A stretch of 64,000 bases of DNA, taken from assembly GCA_951406725.2 (NCBI GenBank), contig OX597840.1, positions 12,896,001 through 12,960,000 of the forward strand, in the 5' to 3' direction. The translations under genes and the position numbers were made by a program. This DNA comes from Octopus vulgaris. Lineage: Eukaryota. Positions 27,395-42,398 of this stretch are shown piece after piece. The number at the start of each line of letters is the position of its first letter. Position 1 is the stretch's first letter. The notes under the pieces are model-generated. The model searched no databases. It worked only from the letters and a program-made list of their open reading frames with translations, and was not told the origin of the DNA.

Positions 27395-27504
27395 GATGAA
27401 AAACTTTGAGAAAGGTTTGGTATATAATTTTTTGTGCAGGGGTTCCTTGAGACATGTAATTTATTTTAAGGGTTATGCAAGGGTTAAAAGGTTGAAAAAC
27501 ACTG
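27395..27504. mobile_element. hAT (Charlie-like) terminal fragment
   Basis: Ends aaaaggttgaaaaacactg (reverse of CAGTGTTTTTCAACC). Confidence 0.45.
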
Positions 27505-28357
27505 CTGTGACCACTGAGCCATGAGCCTTCCCTTGTAAATATGAACTAATCATATTCACATATGTTACTTATGGGAGAGAGAGAGAGATAGAGAGAGAGA
27601 GATAGAGGGAGAGAGAAAGAAAGTGAAGTTAAGTGAGAGGTATTGAAAGTGAGACAGAAACAGTAGGAGAAAGAGAGAGAGGAAAAAAATTAGGGGGAGA
27701 GGGGGGAGAAGGAGAAAAAGAGGGTGAGAAATGAGACAGGGAAAAGGAATTAATTAGTAATGATGGGTGAGTTAGATATGGAGGAGAGAAGGAGGATGGG
27801 AGGGAGGAGAGAAGGAGGGAAGGAGGAGAGAAAGAGAGAGGGAGGAGAGAAGGAGGGAAGGAGGAGAGAAAGAGAGAGGGAGGGGACAGAGAAAAGGATA
27901 TAAAAAGTGAGAGAGAGAAAGAGAGAGAGAGAAAGATTGAGATAAATAGAAAAAGTGAGAGAGAGAGTGTGAGAGAGGGAGAGAAAGATCAAGAGGCACA
28001 GAGTGACAGAGAGAGAGAGGAGAAAGACTGAGAGACATAAGGGAGTGAAAGAGAGAAACTTGAGACAGTGAGAAGATGAACAAAAGAGAGGAGAGATAGA
28101 GAGATAAAGAGAGACTGAGAGTCATACAGAGGGAGAGACAGACTTGAGAGTGAGAGGGAGAGAGAGAGGGGCTAAGAGGCATAGAGATGAGAGAAAGACT
28201 TGAGACATGGAGAATGAGAAAGACTTGAGAGAGAGAGAGAGAGAGAGAGAGACTGGGAGATATGGAGAATGAGAGAGAGAATGATTTGAGAGAGAGAGAG
28301 ACTTCAGAAAGAGAGAGAGAGACTGGGAGACATGGAGGATGAGAAAGAGAATGACTT

Positions 28358-28389
<32 letters not shown>

Positions 28390-29114
28390 CAAAGGAAATA
28401 TGAATAAAAGAGAGACCATACGATGAAGTTAATAGAGGTGAATGAGAAAGAAAAAAAGCAGAAGCAGAGAGAGTGTGAGAGAGTACAAGTGGGAGACAGA
28501 GTGTGGTGGGGAAGAAGGATTGGTAGAGTAGAAGTCAAGGAGGGGACTGGGAGATAATGTATTTTTCTCAAAACTGAACATAATCATAATTATACAAATC
28601 AATCAATATATCTTATTAAATATATCTGTATCAATAATTTACAGTTCAATAGTTTGGTTTAGTCAATACAGCAAAGGAAAGTCTGAATAATCAATTTTTT
28701 TCTTTTTTTTTTTAACTTTGATTATTTTTCTTTTAATTATAAACTTATTAAGGTTTGGTCATTTACCATTCAGGACACCATCATCATCATCATCATCATT
28801 ATCATTATCATCATCATCGTCGTCGTTGTCGTCGTCATCATCATCATCATCATCATCATCAGTATAATAATAATATAAGGCGGTGAGCTGGCAGAGGTGT
28901 TAGCACACCAGGTGAAATAATTAGCAATATTTTTCATCTGCTACTACTTTCTAAGTTCAAATTCTGCTGAGATCGACTTTGCCTTTCATTCATTTGGGGT
29001 TGATTAAATAAGTACCAGTTACACACTGGGGTCAGTGTAATCGACTATCCTCCTCCCCCAAATTTCAGGCTTTGTGTCTATAGTAGAAAGGATTATTATT
29101 ATTATTATTATTAA

Positions 29115-29146
<32 letters not shown>

Positions 29147-29849
29147 TTTTTTGGATATCCCAGACAAGTGTCTTCTACCACAGCTTTTATCTAAAATAGA
29201 TAAATGGATAGTGTGCAGAAGCCTGTAATTCAAAGGTCCAGCAGTCATGTATGTATAGATATATGCCTGGCTTAGTAGTTAGCAAGTTTCACTCATGATT
29301 GTAAGATTGTGGTTTCAATTTCTGAACCAGGCAATGTGTTGTCTTCTTGAGCAAAACACTTCAGTTCACATTGGTTCTGTCCACTCAGCTGACAAAATTG
29401 ATCAATCCTGTAATTGACCAGTGTCCCCTCCAGCGGGAAATATATACACCACAGAATCTGGGAAATTGTCCTTATGAACCTATGGCTTGGGAGGGACCTT
29501 TGATCCTTTGATACCTGAAAATAGCCTTTCTTCCCATTATGCTTTAGAAAGCCCAGGAGTTTTGCCTAATCTTTCTTTTTCCCTCAAAGTTTTTCCCCTC
29601 GTGTTGCCATGTGACTCCCTTAATTATATTTGTCTGGGACAGCAAAAGTTCCCAATTCCATCAGTAGATATTGCTAAACTTATATAGCCTTATCTTATAT
29701 AGGAAATGGTTGGTGCCGGCATGGCACTCTCTACCTCTACCTTTTTATAGTTTATAGGGGCCAGTGTGATAAACCATTGATATTAACATTACTGGTAGAA
29801 TTTCCATTTTCCAAAAGATAACTTAGCATTTTCCATCAGTAATCCGGAC

Positions 29850-30425
29850 ATGTTTTGTTTGTGATTATTTAGTGTTATGTATAATTGTGTTTTGTGTATA
29901 AGTGTTTTGTTTGTGATTATTTAATGTTATGTATAATTGTGTTTTGTGTATAAGTGTTTTGTTTGTGATTATTTAGTGTTATGTATTGTTTAGTGTTATG
30001 TATAACTGTGTTTCGTTTGTGATTGTTTAGTGTTATGTGTGAAATTGTTTTGTTTGTCATTATTTAGAGTTATATATAAGTTTGTTTTATTTCTGATTAT
30101 TTAGTCTTATGTATAAGAGTTTTGTTTGTGATTATTCAATGTTGTATGTGAGTTTCTTTTGTTTGTGATTGTTTAGTGTTATGTATAACTGTGTTTTGTT
30201 TGTGATTGTTTAGTGTTATGTATAACTGTGTTTTGTTTGTGATTGTTTAGTGTTGTATGTGAGTTTCTTTTGTTTGTGATTGTTTAGTGTTATGTATAAC
30301 TGTGTTTTGTTTGTGATTATTTAGTGTTATATATAAGTGTGTTTTGTTTATGGTTATTTAGCGTTATATGTGAGTTTCTTTTGTTTGTGATTATTTAATG
30401 TTATGTATGTGTTTGTTTAAACATT
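29850..30425. repeat. ~39-bp GT-rich minisatellite
   Basis: Repeated tgttttgtttgtgattRtttagtgttatgtataactg. Confidence 0.9.
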
Positions 30426-30892
30426 GTGATGCAGTATTTAGTATTTTCTCTTATCATCAATTGTCTCTGTGAGAATTTCTGTAAAGTACAAATGCGTTGT
30501 GTGCTAGTGTTTTGTTATTTTGTTTTGTATATCTTTTATGTTAAGTGCTGTACTGTGAGTCTGATTTTATTGTCTTCTAAGTGTGTTGCAAATGTTAGCT
30601 GGTTGGGAAGTATCATACTTTTGTAACCAATGATACAGCTATGGATCTATATCTGTCTCTCTATCAATCTGGTCTATCTGTCTGTTAATTTGTCTATCTA
30701 TCTTTTTATTAGTCTGTCTGTCAATTTGTCAATCTATCTATCTGTCTGCCTGTCTGTCTGCCTGTTTGTCTGTCTGTCTGCCCATTCGTCCCTGTGTCCG
30801 TCCATCCCACTGAGAGTCTGTTTGTCTTTGTATCTGCTTGTCTATTTATCTATTTGTCTATTTCTCCATCTAACTGTCTGCCTGCCAATCAG

Positions 30893-30977
<85 letters not shown>

Positions 30978-31036
30978 TAATCTATCTATCTATCTCTTTG
31001 TCTGTCTGTCTGTCTATCGATCTATCTGTCTGTCGG

Positions 31037-31094
<58 letters not shown>

Positions 31095-31359
31095 GATCTA
31101 TCTGTCTGTCAGTCTGTCTATCGATCTATCTATTTATCCATCGATTTATCTATCTATTTATCTGTCTGTCTGTCTGTCTGTCTGCCTGTCTTTAGTTGTA
31201 CTGGTGCTCATAGTGGTGGTGGTGGTGGTGGTGGTAGCTTTTATGCTGTATCAATCAATACTGATTGAATTGATGCATTATTAATGGTTTTATGTCAAAT
31301 AGTGTCAGTGTTGTATATCTAGTAACACACACACACACACACATATACATACACATACA

Positions 31360-31390
<31 letters not shown>

Positions 31391-31709
31391 GTATATATAT
31401 ATATGTATATATATATACACACATACATATGCATATATTTATGCATACAAACACACACACACATATATAGTAGTAGTAGTAGTAGTAGTAGTAGTATTTT
31501 GTGGATATCCCAGACAAGTGTCTTTTACCACAGCCTATACACATACACACATACATAGACACACATACGCGCACACACACATAGGGAGAGAGAGGGAGTT
31601 GGTAAGATAGGTGGAGTGGTGGAGTAGGAGAGAGAAAAGAGAGTGAGTGAGGAAGAATGTACACAAAAAGAGGATGTGTAAAAGAGAGAGAGAGAGAGAG
31701 TAGTGAAGT

Positions 31710-31925
31710 GGTCAAGTAGTCAAACACTCATGTTGCCATGTTGTCAAATTGTCAAATAGTGAAACAGACAAGTAGTCAGGTAATCTAGACAAATAGTCAG
31801 GTGGTTAGATAGTCAGATAGTTAAGTAGTCAGATAGTCAAGTAGTCAAATGATCAAATATCAAGTAATCAATTAGTCAAGTAGTCAAATAGTCAAATAGT
31901 CAAGTAGTCAAGTAGTCAGATAGCC
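31710..31925. repeat. Degenerate ~9-bp minisatellite (gtcaagtag/gtcaaatag)
   Basis: Direct inspection. Confidence 0.75.
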
Positions 31926-32416
31926 CAACCCCAATAATAGAATTTGCCACCTGCTCTATAGATATACTCATAAATCTCAATGTGTTGTTTCTATAATATT
32001 TAATTCCAGTTTCCCTTCACTTGGAGGAGAAATTCACCTCCTCTGGGAGAGACTACCAGTCATTCAACTTGTAACTTTTCCAAAAGACCAACATCTATAC
32101 CTAATACTTATATCATTGTTGTTATTGTCGAAAGAGTAGTTGTTGGTGGCTGTGGTGATGGTGGAGGTGGTGTTGAAGAGAAGGAAATCAAGTGAGAGTG
32201 AGAGAGGGAGAGAGAGAGAAAGAATCAACCCTTGCACTCACCCACCTCCACTCCTAAAAATTAAAAAAGATAAAAAACAAAAGCTGATCCCCAACAGGAT
32301 TTGAACTGGGAGAGCAGAACACTAAAATGAATATCGCAAAGCAGCTTTATCCACCACTCAAATAATTCTACCAGCTTTAATAGATGGTAACATAATAATA
32401 GGATTTAATAATTCTA

Positions 32417-32885
32417 AGGTGGTGAGCTGGCAGAATGGTTAGCACACCAACTGAAATGGTTAGCGGTATTTTGTCTGTCATTGAAGGCGGCGAGCTGGCA
32501 GAAACGTTAGCACGCCGGGCGAAATGCGAAGCCGTATTTCGTCTGCCGTTACATTCTGAGTTCAAATTCCGCCTAGGTCGACTTTGCCTTTCGTCCTTTC
32601 GGGGTCGATAAATTAAGTACCAGTTGCGCACTGGGGTCGATCAAATCAACTTAATCCGTTTGTCTGTCCTTGTTTGTCCTTTCTGTGTTTAGCCCCTTGT
32701 GGGTAGTAAAGAAATAAGTATTTTGTCTGTCATTACGTTCTGAGGTCAAATTCCACCAAGGTTGTGTTTGTTTTTCATCCTTTCAGGGTTGATAAATTAA
32801 GTACCAGTTGCATACTGGGGTCAATCTAATCGACTGCCCCGCCCCTCACCAGAAATTTTGGGCCTTGTGCCTAGAGTAGAAAAAG
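32417..32885 (+). mobile_element. SINE B nested inside an older SINE B with 17-bp TSD
   Basis: gtattttgtctgtcatt at 32466-32482 and 32718-32734 flanks the inner copy. Confidence 0.85.
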
Positions 32886-33298
32886 AATTTGAGAATTCTA
32901 CCACTCTTAAGAGATGTACCATGTTTGAGAAAAATACAGTCAGTAATGTTGTGAGTACCTATGACTGTATGTCCACTGGATCGATGGTTACCTAGGGTTA
33001 AACAACAACAATATCTGTGACAGTGAATCATTAATACAAAATACATCCACTCCTTGGTCTTATATAATGGAAACACTGTTAAGTCACACACTCCCCCTTC
33101 CCTCCCAACTTCTCAGTTACATTGTTGCCAGAGATGAACAAAGAGGTTGCTTCATTTGTTTAGAGAATTAATTATTCAGTGACACCATCTGCATGAAAAA
33201 CAATAGTGAAGTTAGTGTTAACATGTTTTATGTATGGTGGTGTATTGGAAAACTAACAGGAAATAATTATGTGGTGAGATGGATGGATAAGATATATA

Positions 33299-33348
<50 letters not shown>

Positions 33349-33353
33349 GTATG

Positions 33354-33401
<48 letters not shown>

Positions 33402-33439
33402 TATATAAATGTGTGTATATATATAGGTATAGATATAGA

Positions 33440-33905
33440 TCATCATCATCATCATCATCGTTTAATGTCCGTTTTCCGTGCTAGCACGGGTTGGACTGTT
33501 TGACCGGGGTCTGGGAAGCCAGGGGACTGCACCAGGCTCCAGTCTGATCTGGCAGTGTTTCTACAGCTGGATGTCCTTCCTAACGCCAACCACTCTATGA
33601 GTGTAAGGAGGTGCTTTTTCGTGCCAGGGGAGGCTGGCAGTGGCCACGATCGGTTGGTGCTTTTTACGTGCCACCGGCACAGAAGCCAGTCAAGGCGGTG
33701 TTGGCATCGGCCACGTTCGAATGGTGCTTATTACGTGCCACCAGCACAGGTATCACAACTACAATTTCCATTTGATTTTTATTTTGATGTTGATGTACTT
33801 GACTCAATAGGTCTCCTCAAGCACAGATTCAAGGTAAGCACAGCAGGTCGTTCTGCAATCCAAGGTACTTTGGATGGACTAGGGCTATGCGAAACTGGTG
33901 CAGAT
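33440..33905 (-). mobile_element. RTE-related (GAT)n-tailed element
   Basis: Family match in reverse. Confidence 0.8.
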
Positions 33906-33957
<52 letters not shown>

Positions 33958-34645
33958 GTAGATAAGATAGATAGATAGATAAGATAGATAGGTAGATAAG
34001 ATAGATAGATAGGTAGATTAGATAGATAGATAGATGAGATAGATATATAGATAGATAGATAGATGAGATAGATATATAGATAAATAGATAGATAGATAAG
34101 ATAGATAGATGGATGGATAGATAGATAGACAGACGAAGGGACGGACTGATGGATGGATGGATGGATAGAGAGATATGCAGAAAGATAGATAGATATATAT
34201 ACACACATAACTGGCGCTTCATCAGTTATGATGACAAGTGTTCCAGCTGATCCAATCAATGGAACAGCCTGCTTGTGAAATTAATGTGCAAGATCCATAA
34301 CAAATATCATATACACAAAAAAAAAGAAACAAATACACAATTCAGTAAAGAAACGTAAAGAAAAACCAGGCTCCACTGTCTGTTTTGGCAAGATTTCTAT
34401 GGCTGGGAGCCCTTCCTAATGCCAACCACTTTACAAAGGGTACTGAGTGCATTTTATATGGCACTAGCACCAATATTTATATTCATATATATGTATATAT
34501 ATATATACATTTATGTGCACACACAAATCTGTCTATTTATATGTGTGTATATATGTATTGTTTTTTTTATTTCATAAACATACTTACATACATACACACA
34601 CACACACACACAAATGCACTATATATGTGTGTGTGTATGTGTGTA

Positions 34646-34686
<41 letters not shown>

Positions 34687-34703
34687 ATATATATATAACT
34701 TTC

Positions 34704-34768
<65 letters not shown>

Positions 34769-34792
34769 TACTATTTATATATAGTATGGATC

Positions 34793-34832
<40 letters not shown>

Positions 34833-34836
34833 TATA

Positions 34837-34875
<39 letters not shown>

Positions 34876-35732
34876 ACATACATTATTAAGTTGGCTGGTA
34901 GCCATTCGCTTTAGGTTTGCATTGGTGCCAAAGTTCTCTGATGTTTTTTTTTTCCTTCTCTTAATTTTCCTCTGATGGAAATTCCCTGAATAACAGAAAA
35001 TATAAGAGAATATCAGAAAATAACAGCAACTAACAGGACAGCAGAATAACAGAATAATAAGAATAACAGAATGGTAAAAACACACAACAAACCAGTAGCA
35101 TACCAGCAGAATAAAGAATGCAAATACAAACAGGAGATGTCATTCTGATGTTATAAAGACTCCCTCACACTCCACCTCTCTCTCTCTTTCTCTCCTCCTT
35201 CTCTTTCAATACCTGAATCTCTCTCTTTTTCTTTCCTTTTCTCTTTCTATTCTATCTCCTTTTATTTAGATTTCTTTTCTTTCTTGATGTAAAATACTTT
35301 GTATAATATATTATTTCATTGTTGATTTTGCTTTAATATGATTTATAGGTTGTTAATGAATAAAGAAAAATAAATAAGACAGACATAAACAGATTTAGAC
35401 AAATGTTAAATATTAATTTTTCTAAATATATATATATACACATATACAAATGTATAATCTTCCTAAAGATGTACATGCATAATCTATTTAAATATATATG
35501 TAGATGTGTGTGTGTAGGTATGTATATCTTTTCTAAATACATATACATATATGTAATTTTTCTTAAGATATCTATATTATCTTTCTAGCTATATACAAAC
35601 ACACACACACACACACATACACATATATACATACATATATATATATGTGTGTGTTTGTATATGTATATAGATAGATAGATAGATCGATATAGATATAGAT
35701 ATATATACATATTCATACATATATATATATAT

Positions 35733-36370
35733 AAGAAGATCTGGGATGAGGTGGTGAAGCATGACCTTCGAACATTAGGCCTCTCCGAGGCAATGTCTAG
35801 TAACCGACACCTTTGGAAATATTCTGTGCTTGAGAAGACCAGGCAAGCCAAGTGAGACCATAACCTGTGGCTTATGCCAGGGGTGTAACCAACAGACTTG
35901 TGCAAAGCTTTCCTTCTTTGGACACTAAACTCTGCTTGCGAAGACCTGCTGAGGCAAGTGAAATCGAAATCAAATTCGATGATTGGCATCCGTGCTAGTG
36001 TAGCGCTAAGAGCACCATCCGAGTATGATCATTGCCAGAGCAACTGACTTGCTTCTGTGCCAGTGGAACGTGAAAAAATATTTGAGTGGGGTCGTTGCCA
36101 GTGCCACTGGACTGGTTCCTGTGCAGGTGGCACATAAAAAACACCATTTGAGCACAGGCGTTGCCAGTAATGCCTGACTGGCCCTCGTGCCGGTGGTACA
36201 TAAAAGCACTGACTACACTCTCGGAGTTGTTGGCATTAGGAAGGACATCCAGCTGTAGAAACTCTGCCAGATCAGATTGGAGCCTGGTGCAGCCATCTGG
36301 TTCGCCAGTCCTCAGTCAAATTGTCCAACCCATGCCAGCATAGAAAGTGGACGTTAAACGATGATGATGA

Positions 36371-36373
<3 letters not shown>
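35733..36373 (+). mobile_element. 5'-truncated RTE element: ORF end plus repeat-rich 3' UTR and (GAT)n tail
   Basis: KKIWDEVVKHDLRTLGLSEAMSSNRHLWKYSVLEKTR followed by the family 3' UTR. Confidence 0.8.
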
Positions 36374-36401
<28 letters not shown>

Positions 36402-36404
<3 letters not shown>

Positions 36405-36719
36405 TATCTATAAAAGGGAGGATGTGTGTGTGTGTGTGTGTGTACGTGATTGTAATTTATGCACATCCACAAATTAGCACGCATGTCGCTCAAATTTTAG
36501 GAGGACATTTGTCAACACCCTCTCTGGGTTTTGTCAACTCATTTTTTTCCCGAGGCACCCACGGATAGGGTAAGAATCTATTTTCAACCATTTCCAACCA
36601 TAGCTTTTAACCATAACAAATATCAGCCTTTGCTTTTTGATGGTGTCTAACAAAAAAAAATAAGATAAAGAAAAGTGGAAGAAGGAGGCAGAGAGCTTCA
36701 CGGGAAAGACAAAGTGAGA

Positions 36720-36756
<37 letters not shown>

Positions 36757-37510
36757 AGTGACTACATTCATAAAAAAATAAAATGTAAAATGTTTTGTTT
36801 TTTGTTTTTGAAATGCACACTATATTATATAATCATAGTATATATACTTTCTCACACAACAATTACAATATATTTATTTTAAATCATTTATTTACTTTAA
36901 ATCGTTCATCTTTCTCCCCTCTCTCTCTCTCACACATTGCTTTGGGTGCAAAAGAGTTTTGTCTTTATTTTACGCCGAGTAAAAAAGTGTTTTGTTGATA
37001 ATCCATTTATTTAACAACAAAGAAACAAAGAGGTGAGTAACAATTTGTCAGTGAATTATACAATATAAATGGGTACAATTTGCGAGGCTTCCACCACACC
37101 TCACTCCATTTCACAGACCACAAAAAGGGTTTTGAGGCCAGAGTAGTTGATTCCAAGCAAAAAAAAAGATTTTTTTTCTTAGTGAAAATTGTGTGAGTAT
37201 TAATCTACAAATTTAACAACATTTTTTCCATTCATTTCTGTTTATGAACATGTATGCATGCACAAAACATGCAATAGGTGTATGTACGTACGTGTGTGTA
37301 TGTGTGTTCATATCTGTTGCCTATATATATTTATATTATATTATATATATATATAATATATATATAACATATATATATATATAATATAACTAATTTCAAC
37401 GGATTTCACCCAAATTTGACGTCTATATTACTTAGTTTGGTTTGAAAATAAAGAACTTGATTAGCTTAATAATCATAACTTAATCCCGGATAGGCCGGGT
37501 TATACTGCTA

Positions 37511-37511
<1 letters not shown>
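36402..37511 (+). mobile_element. Non-autonomous Helitron
   Basis: 5' TC(atatctataaaag) after A; 3' hairpin cccgg-atagg-ccggg (37485-37499), then CTAG (37508-37511) followed by T. Confidence 0.75.
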
Positions 37512-37559
<48 letters not shown>

Positions 37560-37597
37560 CATATACATACATGTATATATATACATGTATGTATATG

Positions 37598-37676
<79 letters not shown>

Positions 37677-37729
37677 CATACATACATACATACATACATA
37701 CATACATACATACATACATACTTACATAC

Positions 37730-37776
<47 letters not shown>

Positions 37777-38563
37777 ATTACCACCACCACCACCAATGCC
37801 GCAATGTGAAAATGAACAAAACCAAACAAAAGACAAAACAAACTTTAAATAAAAAAATTGGTAAAAAAAATTATAATTTTTTTCCCTTAGAATCAAGGAC
37901 AAAGAAAAAAAGCAAGAAAAAAACACAAACTCAACAGAAAAAAAAACAACAAATAAAACAATAAAGCAAAAAAAAAGAATAAAACCCCTCCCAAAAATCA
38001 ATGATTAATCAATATGTAAATGTTATGTAGGTCATGTTGTACATTCTTCAAGAAACATGCAATAACATCTACCATGGATGAGACAGGTAAAGAGTTGACT
38101 GGTGAAGTGAAGTCAAGTTGAATTTGATCTTTTCAAGTTGAAGATATGCAGAAGAAACCATAGTGTGGAATCAGGTGAAAAATATATAAAAAAAATAACG
38201 GTATTCAAGTAGAATTCCTCATTCTTAATTCTTCAGTTTTAATTCTTAATCTGGCTAATTTTTAATATTAGTCTTTATTTATATATTTATTGTGTTTGTT
38301 TTATGTTTTTACTGTTATCTCTTGTCGAGCTTTTGTTGCATTTTTGTTTTTTTGCAAATAAATAACAGTGTTTGCATTTTTCCCTGAAAATTGTGTTTGT
38401 GTGTGTGTGTGTGTATCTATCTACCTGTTTGCCTATCTGTCTATCTATTTGTCTATTTATCTGCCTCACTGTCTATCTACCTACATTTTTAATATAAAGA
38501 TACATACATACATACATACATACATTCATGCATGCATACATACATGCATACATACATACATAC

Positions 38564-38637
<74 letters not shown>

Positions 38638-38641
<4 letters not shown>

Positions 38642-39232
38642 GTCAGCCCATAAATAATGCAATTTTTTTATACTTCTGTTATTTTTCAAAATTCAGATCA
38701 ACAAAGTTCTTTTTTAAATCTAAAATATACTCTCCTTCATTTTCTACAATGCTCTTCCATCTATCTGGTAGACTTGCAAGGCCCCTCTTCCAAACATTCA
38801 TTTGTCCTAACAAAAAATACTCCTCCACTACTTTTCTGATCTCATCTACAGAATTCATATTTTTTCAGTCCAAATGATTTTGAAGACTGTGGAATAAATG
38901 ATAATCGGATGGGGCAATATCCGTCGAATATGGTGGGTAGGGAATCATTTTCCATTCAAACTGTTCCAGACTTTGGAATGTCATCCTTGCTGTATATGGC
39001 TGAGCATTATCATGATGGAAAAACGCCTTTCATCTTGAAACCAAAGATGGTTGTTTTTCTTCTAGTGCTGACTTAAGCCAGTCAAGCTGCTCGCAGTAGA
39101 TCTTTGTTATCATTTGGTTTGGGTTTAAAAATTCAAAGTGGACTAAGCCTTTCATATCTCACCAAACAGATAACAACACATTATGTGGGTGAAGACATTC
39201 TTTAGCCTGAGTTGCCAATGTTTCTCCTTTCC
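38638..39232 (-). mobile_element. Mariner transposase 3' fragment with one TIR (same family as 15079)
   Basis: Nucleotide similarity to 15079-15632; FHHDNAQPY and DIAPSDYHLF motifs. Confidence 0.85.
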
Positions 39233-39376
39233 AGACCACACAGTTCTGGGTTCAGTTCTGTGTGACAGCTTGGGCAAGTGTCTTCTACTGTAGCCTCAGG
39301 CTGACCATAGCCTTGTGAGTGGATTTGGTAGATGGAAACTGAAAGAAGCTTGTCGTATATATATATAGATATATAG

Positions 39377-39683
39377 ATTGGTAGCCACTACACATTTTTT
39401 CGCTCCTTGTTTTTTCTCTCCTTTTTTCTCTCCTTGTTTCTCTCCTTGTTTTTTCTCTCCTTGTTTTTTCTCTCCTTTTTTTCTCTCCTTTTTTCTCTCC
39501 TTGTTTCTCTCCTTTTTTTTCTCTCCTTGTTTCTCTCCTTTTTACTTCTGTGTCCCTTTCTGTAGATGAGCATAGGCTCGAAACGTAAAAGACTTTTTCT
39601 ATTCCTGAGCGTTATACTAATACATCTGTTTGTTTTCTACACCATCTCTCTTCATCTTTTGTTTTTTTTGTGAACTCTCCCAA
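39377..39683 (+). mobile_element. Minimal-hammerhead family element with expanded ttttctctccttg array, inserted in the TA tract of a SINE A
   Basis: CTTT-CTGTAGA-T-GAGC-atag-GCTC-GAAA-CGTA-AAAG at 39556-39591; SINE halves at 39235-39360 and 39700-39900. Confidence 0.7.
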
Positions 39684-39982
39684 TATATATATACATATAT
39701 ATATGTGTATATATTTGTGTGTTTGTCTCTGTGTTTATGCCTCCACTATCGTTTGACAACCGATGATGTGTTTACATCGCTGTAACTTAGCAGTTTGGCA
39801 AAAGGGAACAATAAAATAAGTACCAATCTCACAAAAAATAAGCCCAGGGTCTAATTTCTTTGACTAAAAGGTGGTGCTCCAGCATGGCCACAGTCAAATG
39901 AATAATATATATATATTACTCTACCTCTGGTATTTGAGTACTCTTTTTTCTACCTTGTTTCACATTTCTGTGCTTACTCCAG

Positions 39983-40029
<47 letters not shown>

Positions 40030-40342
40030 TCTTTTATTCTTTTATTCATTTACTTGTTTCAGTCATTTGACTGCGGCCATGCTGGAGCACCTCCTTTAGT
40101 CAAACAAATCAACACCAGGACTTCTCCTTTGTAAACCTAGTGCTTATTCTATCGGACTCTTTTGGTGAACCGCTAAGTTTCAGGGATGCAAACACACGAA
40201 CATCTGTGGTTGAGCAATGTTTGGAGAACAAATACACACACAAATACACACACACATACATGCATACATACATACATATATACATATATATATATATACA
40301 CATATATATATATATACACACATATATATATACATATATATA

Positions 40343-40432
<90 letters not shown>

Positions 40433-40575
40433 TGCAACTTATAAATAAGGGCAAACGAAAAAATTTCTAATGCCAAATATACCAAAATTAGACACCTTGT
40501 CCATAACCATATAATTTTTCACAATACGCATGCTACTCAAAAAAGGTCGACAGAAATTTCTAAAAAATTCCATTA

Positions 40576-40635
40576 TTACCATATCGGACCGATTTCGGGG
40601 TTAGTTCATAAGAACCCTCCCTTCGTCAGTGATAA
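40576..40635 (-). ncRNA. Type I hammerhead ribozyme motif
   Basis: Minus strand TTATCA-CTGACGA-aGGGagGGTTC-ttat-GAACTaaCCCc-GAAA-TCGGtCCGA-TA^TGGTAA; 6-bp stem I. Confidence 0.8.
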
Positions 40636-41800
40636 ATGTGGCAAAGAAATAAATGAGATACTTACTCACACACATATGTATGTATATATGATGGCCTTCT
40701 TTCAGTTTGCATCTACCAAATCCACTCGCAAGGCAGACCAAGAACCCTGGTCTCTCAGACCTCTGATAAAAGACATTCCAATCACCACAAATTAGTCTTT
40801 TTCCTCTCTCTTTCCCTCTTCCCCCTTTTCCCCACTCTCTCTCTCCCCATCCCTCTCTCATAGGATTTATATTTTAATCCACCCATGTTCTTCATCAGAC
40901 TACTAGAACCAATCTAATAAGTACCAGTCATATCCTTGAGTACTTCTACTTCTTCTTCTTCATTTTCCTCCTCCTCCTCTCCCCTTCTTCATTTTCCTTT
41001 TCCTCTTCTTCTTCTTCTTCTTCTTCTTCTTCTTCTCTTCCTCCTCCTTCTCTTCTTCCTCCCTCTCGTTCTTTTTCTTCTCCTCCTCTTCCACTACCCC
41101 TTTTCCCTCCTCTCCTTTCTCCCACTCCCCTTTTCTCATTCTTCCTTCTTCTCTCTCTCCTTTCCCCCCTTCTCCGTCTTCCCATCCCTCTTTCCCTCCT
41201 CCCCAACTTCCTCCCCTAACCGAAACTAAACTAGTTATACGCGCAAAGAAATTAGGAAATATATTCAGAGAAGGAATTATTCCATCAACTCAAAGAAAAA
41301 ACAAATTTTTGAAATACAAAGAAAACAAAGAAAAAGAAAAAAAAAGACCCAGAACCTCACAAAAAAAAAAAAACGAATCACACACCAAAAACATCCAGAA
41401 AAACCACTTGACATTACAGAAATTCTTTATTTTGGTGAATGAGAACACGTTATTTTTTTTTTCAGCAATGGTGATTCCTGTAATAGAAATTCTTCTTTTA
41501 TTTTCCCACCTCATCCTTGTCCTCCTTCTTCTCCTCATCGTGTTTTGGTTCCAATATGTATTCCTTTTATTGGCAGAGACCAATAAAGTCTTTAGAACAG
41601 TGTCAAATATTTCATTGAAAGACATGAAGCAGCAGCCAATATTTATCATAAAGATGGCGCTATTCACAAAATTTCCATTTTAGCCAAATATGGCTGTTCC
41701 TTCTTTCGTTATTTTTTTACATATGTGGGTAAGATAAATTGTTTATCATCACCATCATCATCATCATCATCTTCATGTTCATTATTATTATTACTATTAC

Positions 41801-41852
<52 letters not shown>

Positions 41853-41889
41853 GATAGTATCAGTATTAGAATTATTATTATTTTTTTTT

Positions 41890-42265
41890 TTACTTGTTTC
41901 AGCCATGTGAGTGCGGCCATGCTGGAGCATCGCCTTTAGTCGAGCAAATCGACCCCAGGACTTATTTTTTGTAAGACCAGTACTTACTCTATCGGTCTCT
42001 TTTGCCGAACCGCTAAGTGACGGGGACATAAACACACCAGCATCAGTTGTCAAGCAATGCTAGAGGGACAACCACAGATACACAAACATATACATATATG
42101 CGACAGGCTTCTTTCAGTTTCCGTCTACCAAATCCACTCACAAGGCATTGGTCGGCCCGGTGCTATAGCAGAAGACACTTGCCCAAGATGCCACGCAGTG
42201 GGACTAAACCTGGAACCATGTGGTTGGTTAGCAAGCTACTTACCACACAGCCACTCCTGCGCCTA
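41890..42265 (-). mobile_element. SINE family A, full length
   Basis: Family match. Confidence 0.9.
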
Positions 42266-42398
42266 TTGTATATAAATTTTTTACCATTCCATTCTATTAC
42301 AGTAATCCCTTGCATGGTTTATTATTTAAGCTTACATCAATTCCTCCGTGGTGTTGCTTTGCATAGGAGTGGCTGTGTGGTAAGAAGCTTGCTTACCA

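Noticed and set aside
38030-38090. Short AG...GTAAAG exon-like segment
   Set aside because: Weak polypyrimidine tract; such sites are expected by chance
41309-41683. Hydrophobic 124-aa ORF overlapping a T-rich acceptor-like site
   Set aside because: Low-complexity composition, no recognisable domain, no supported partner exons
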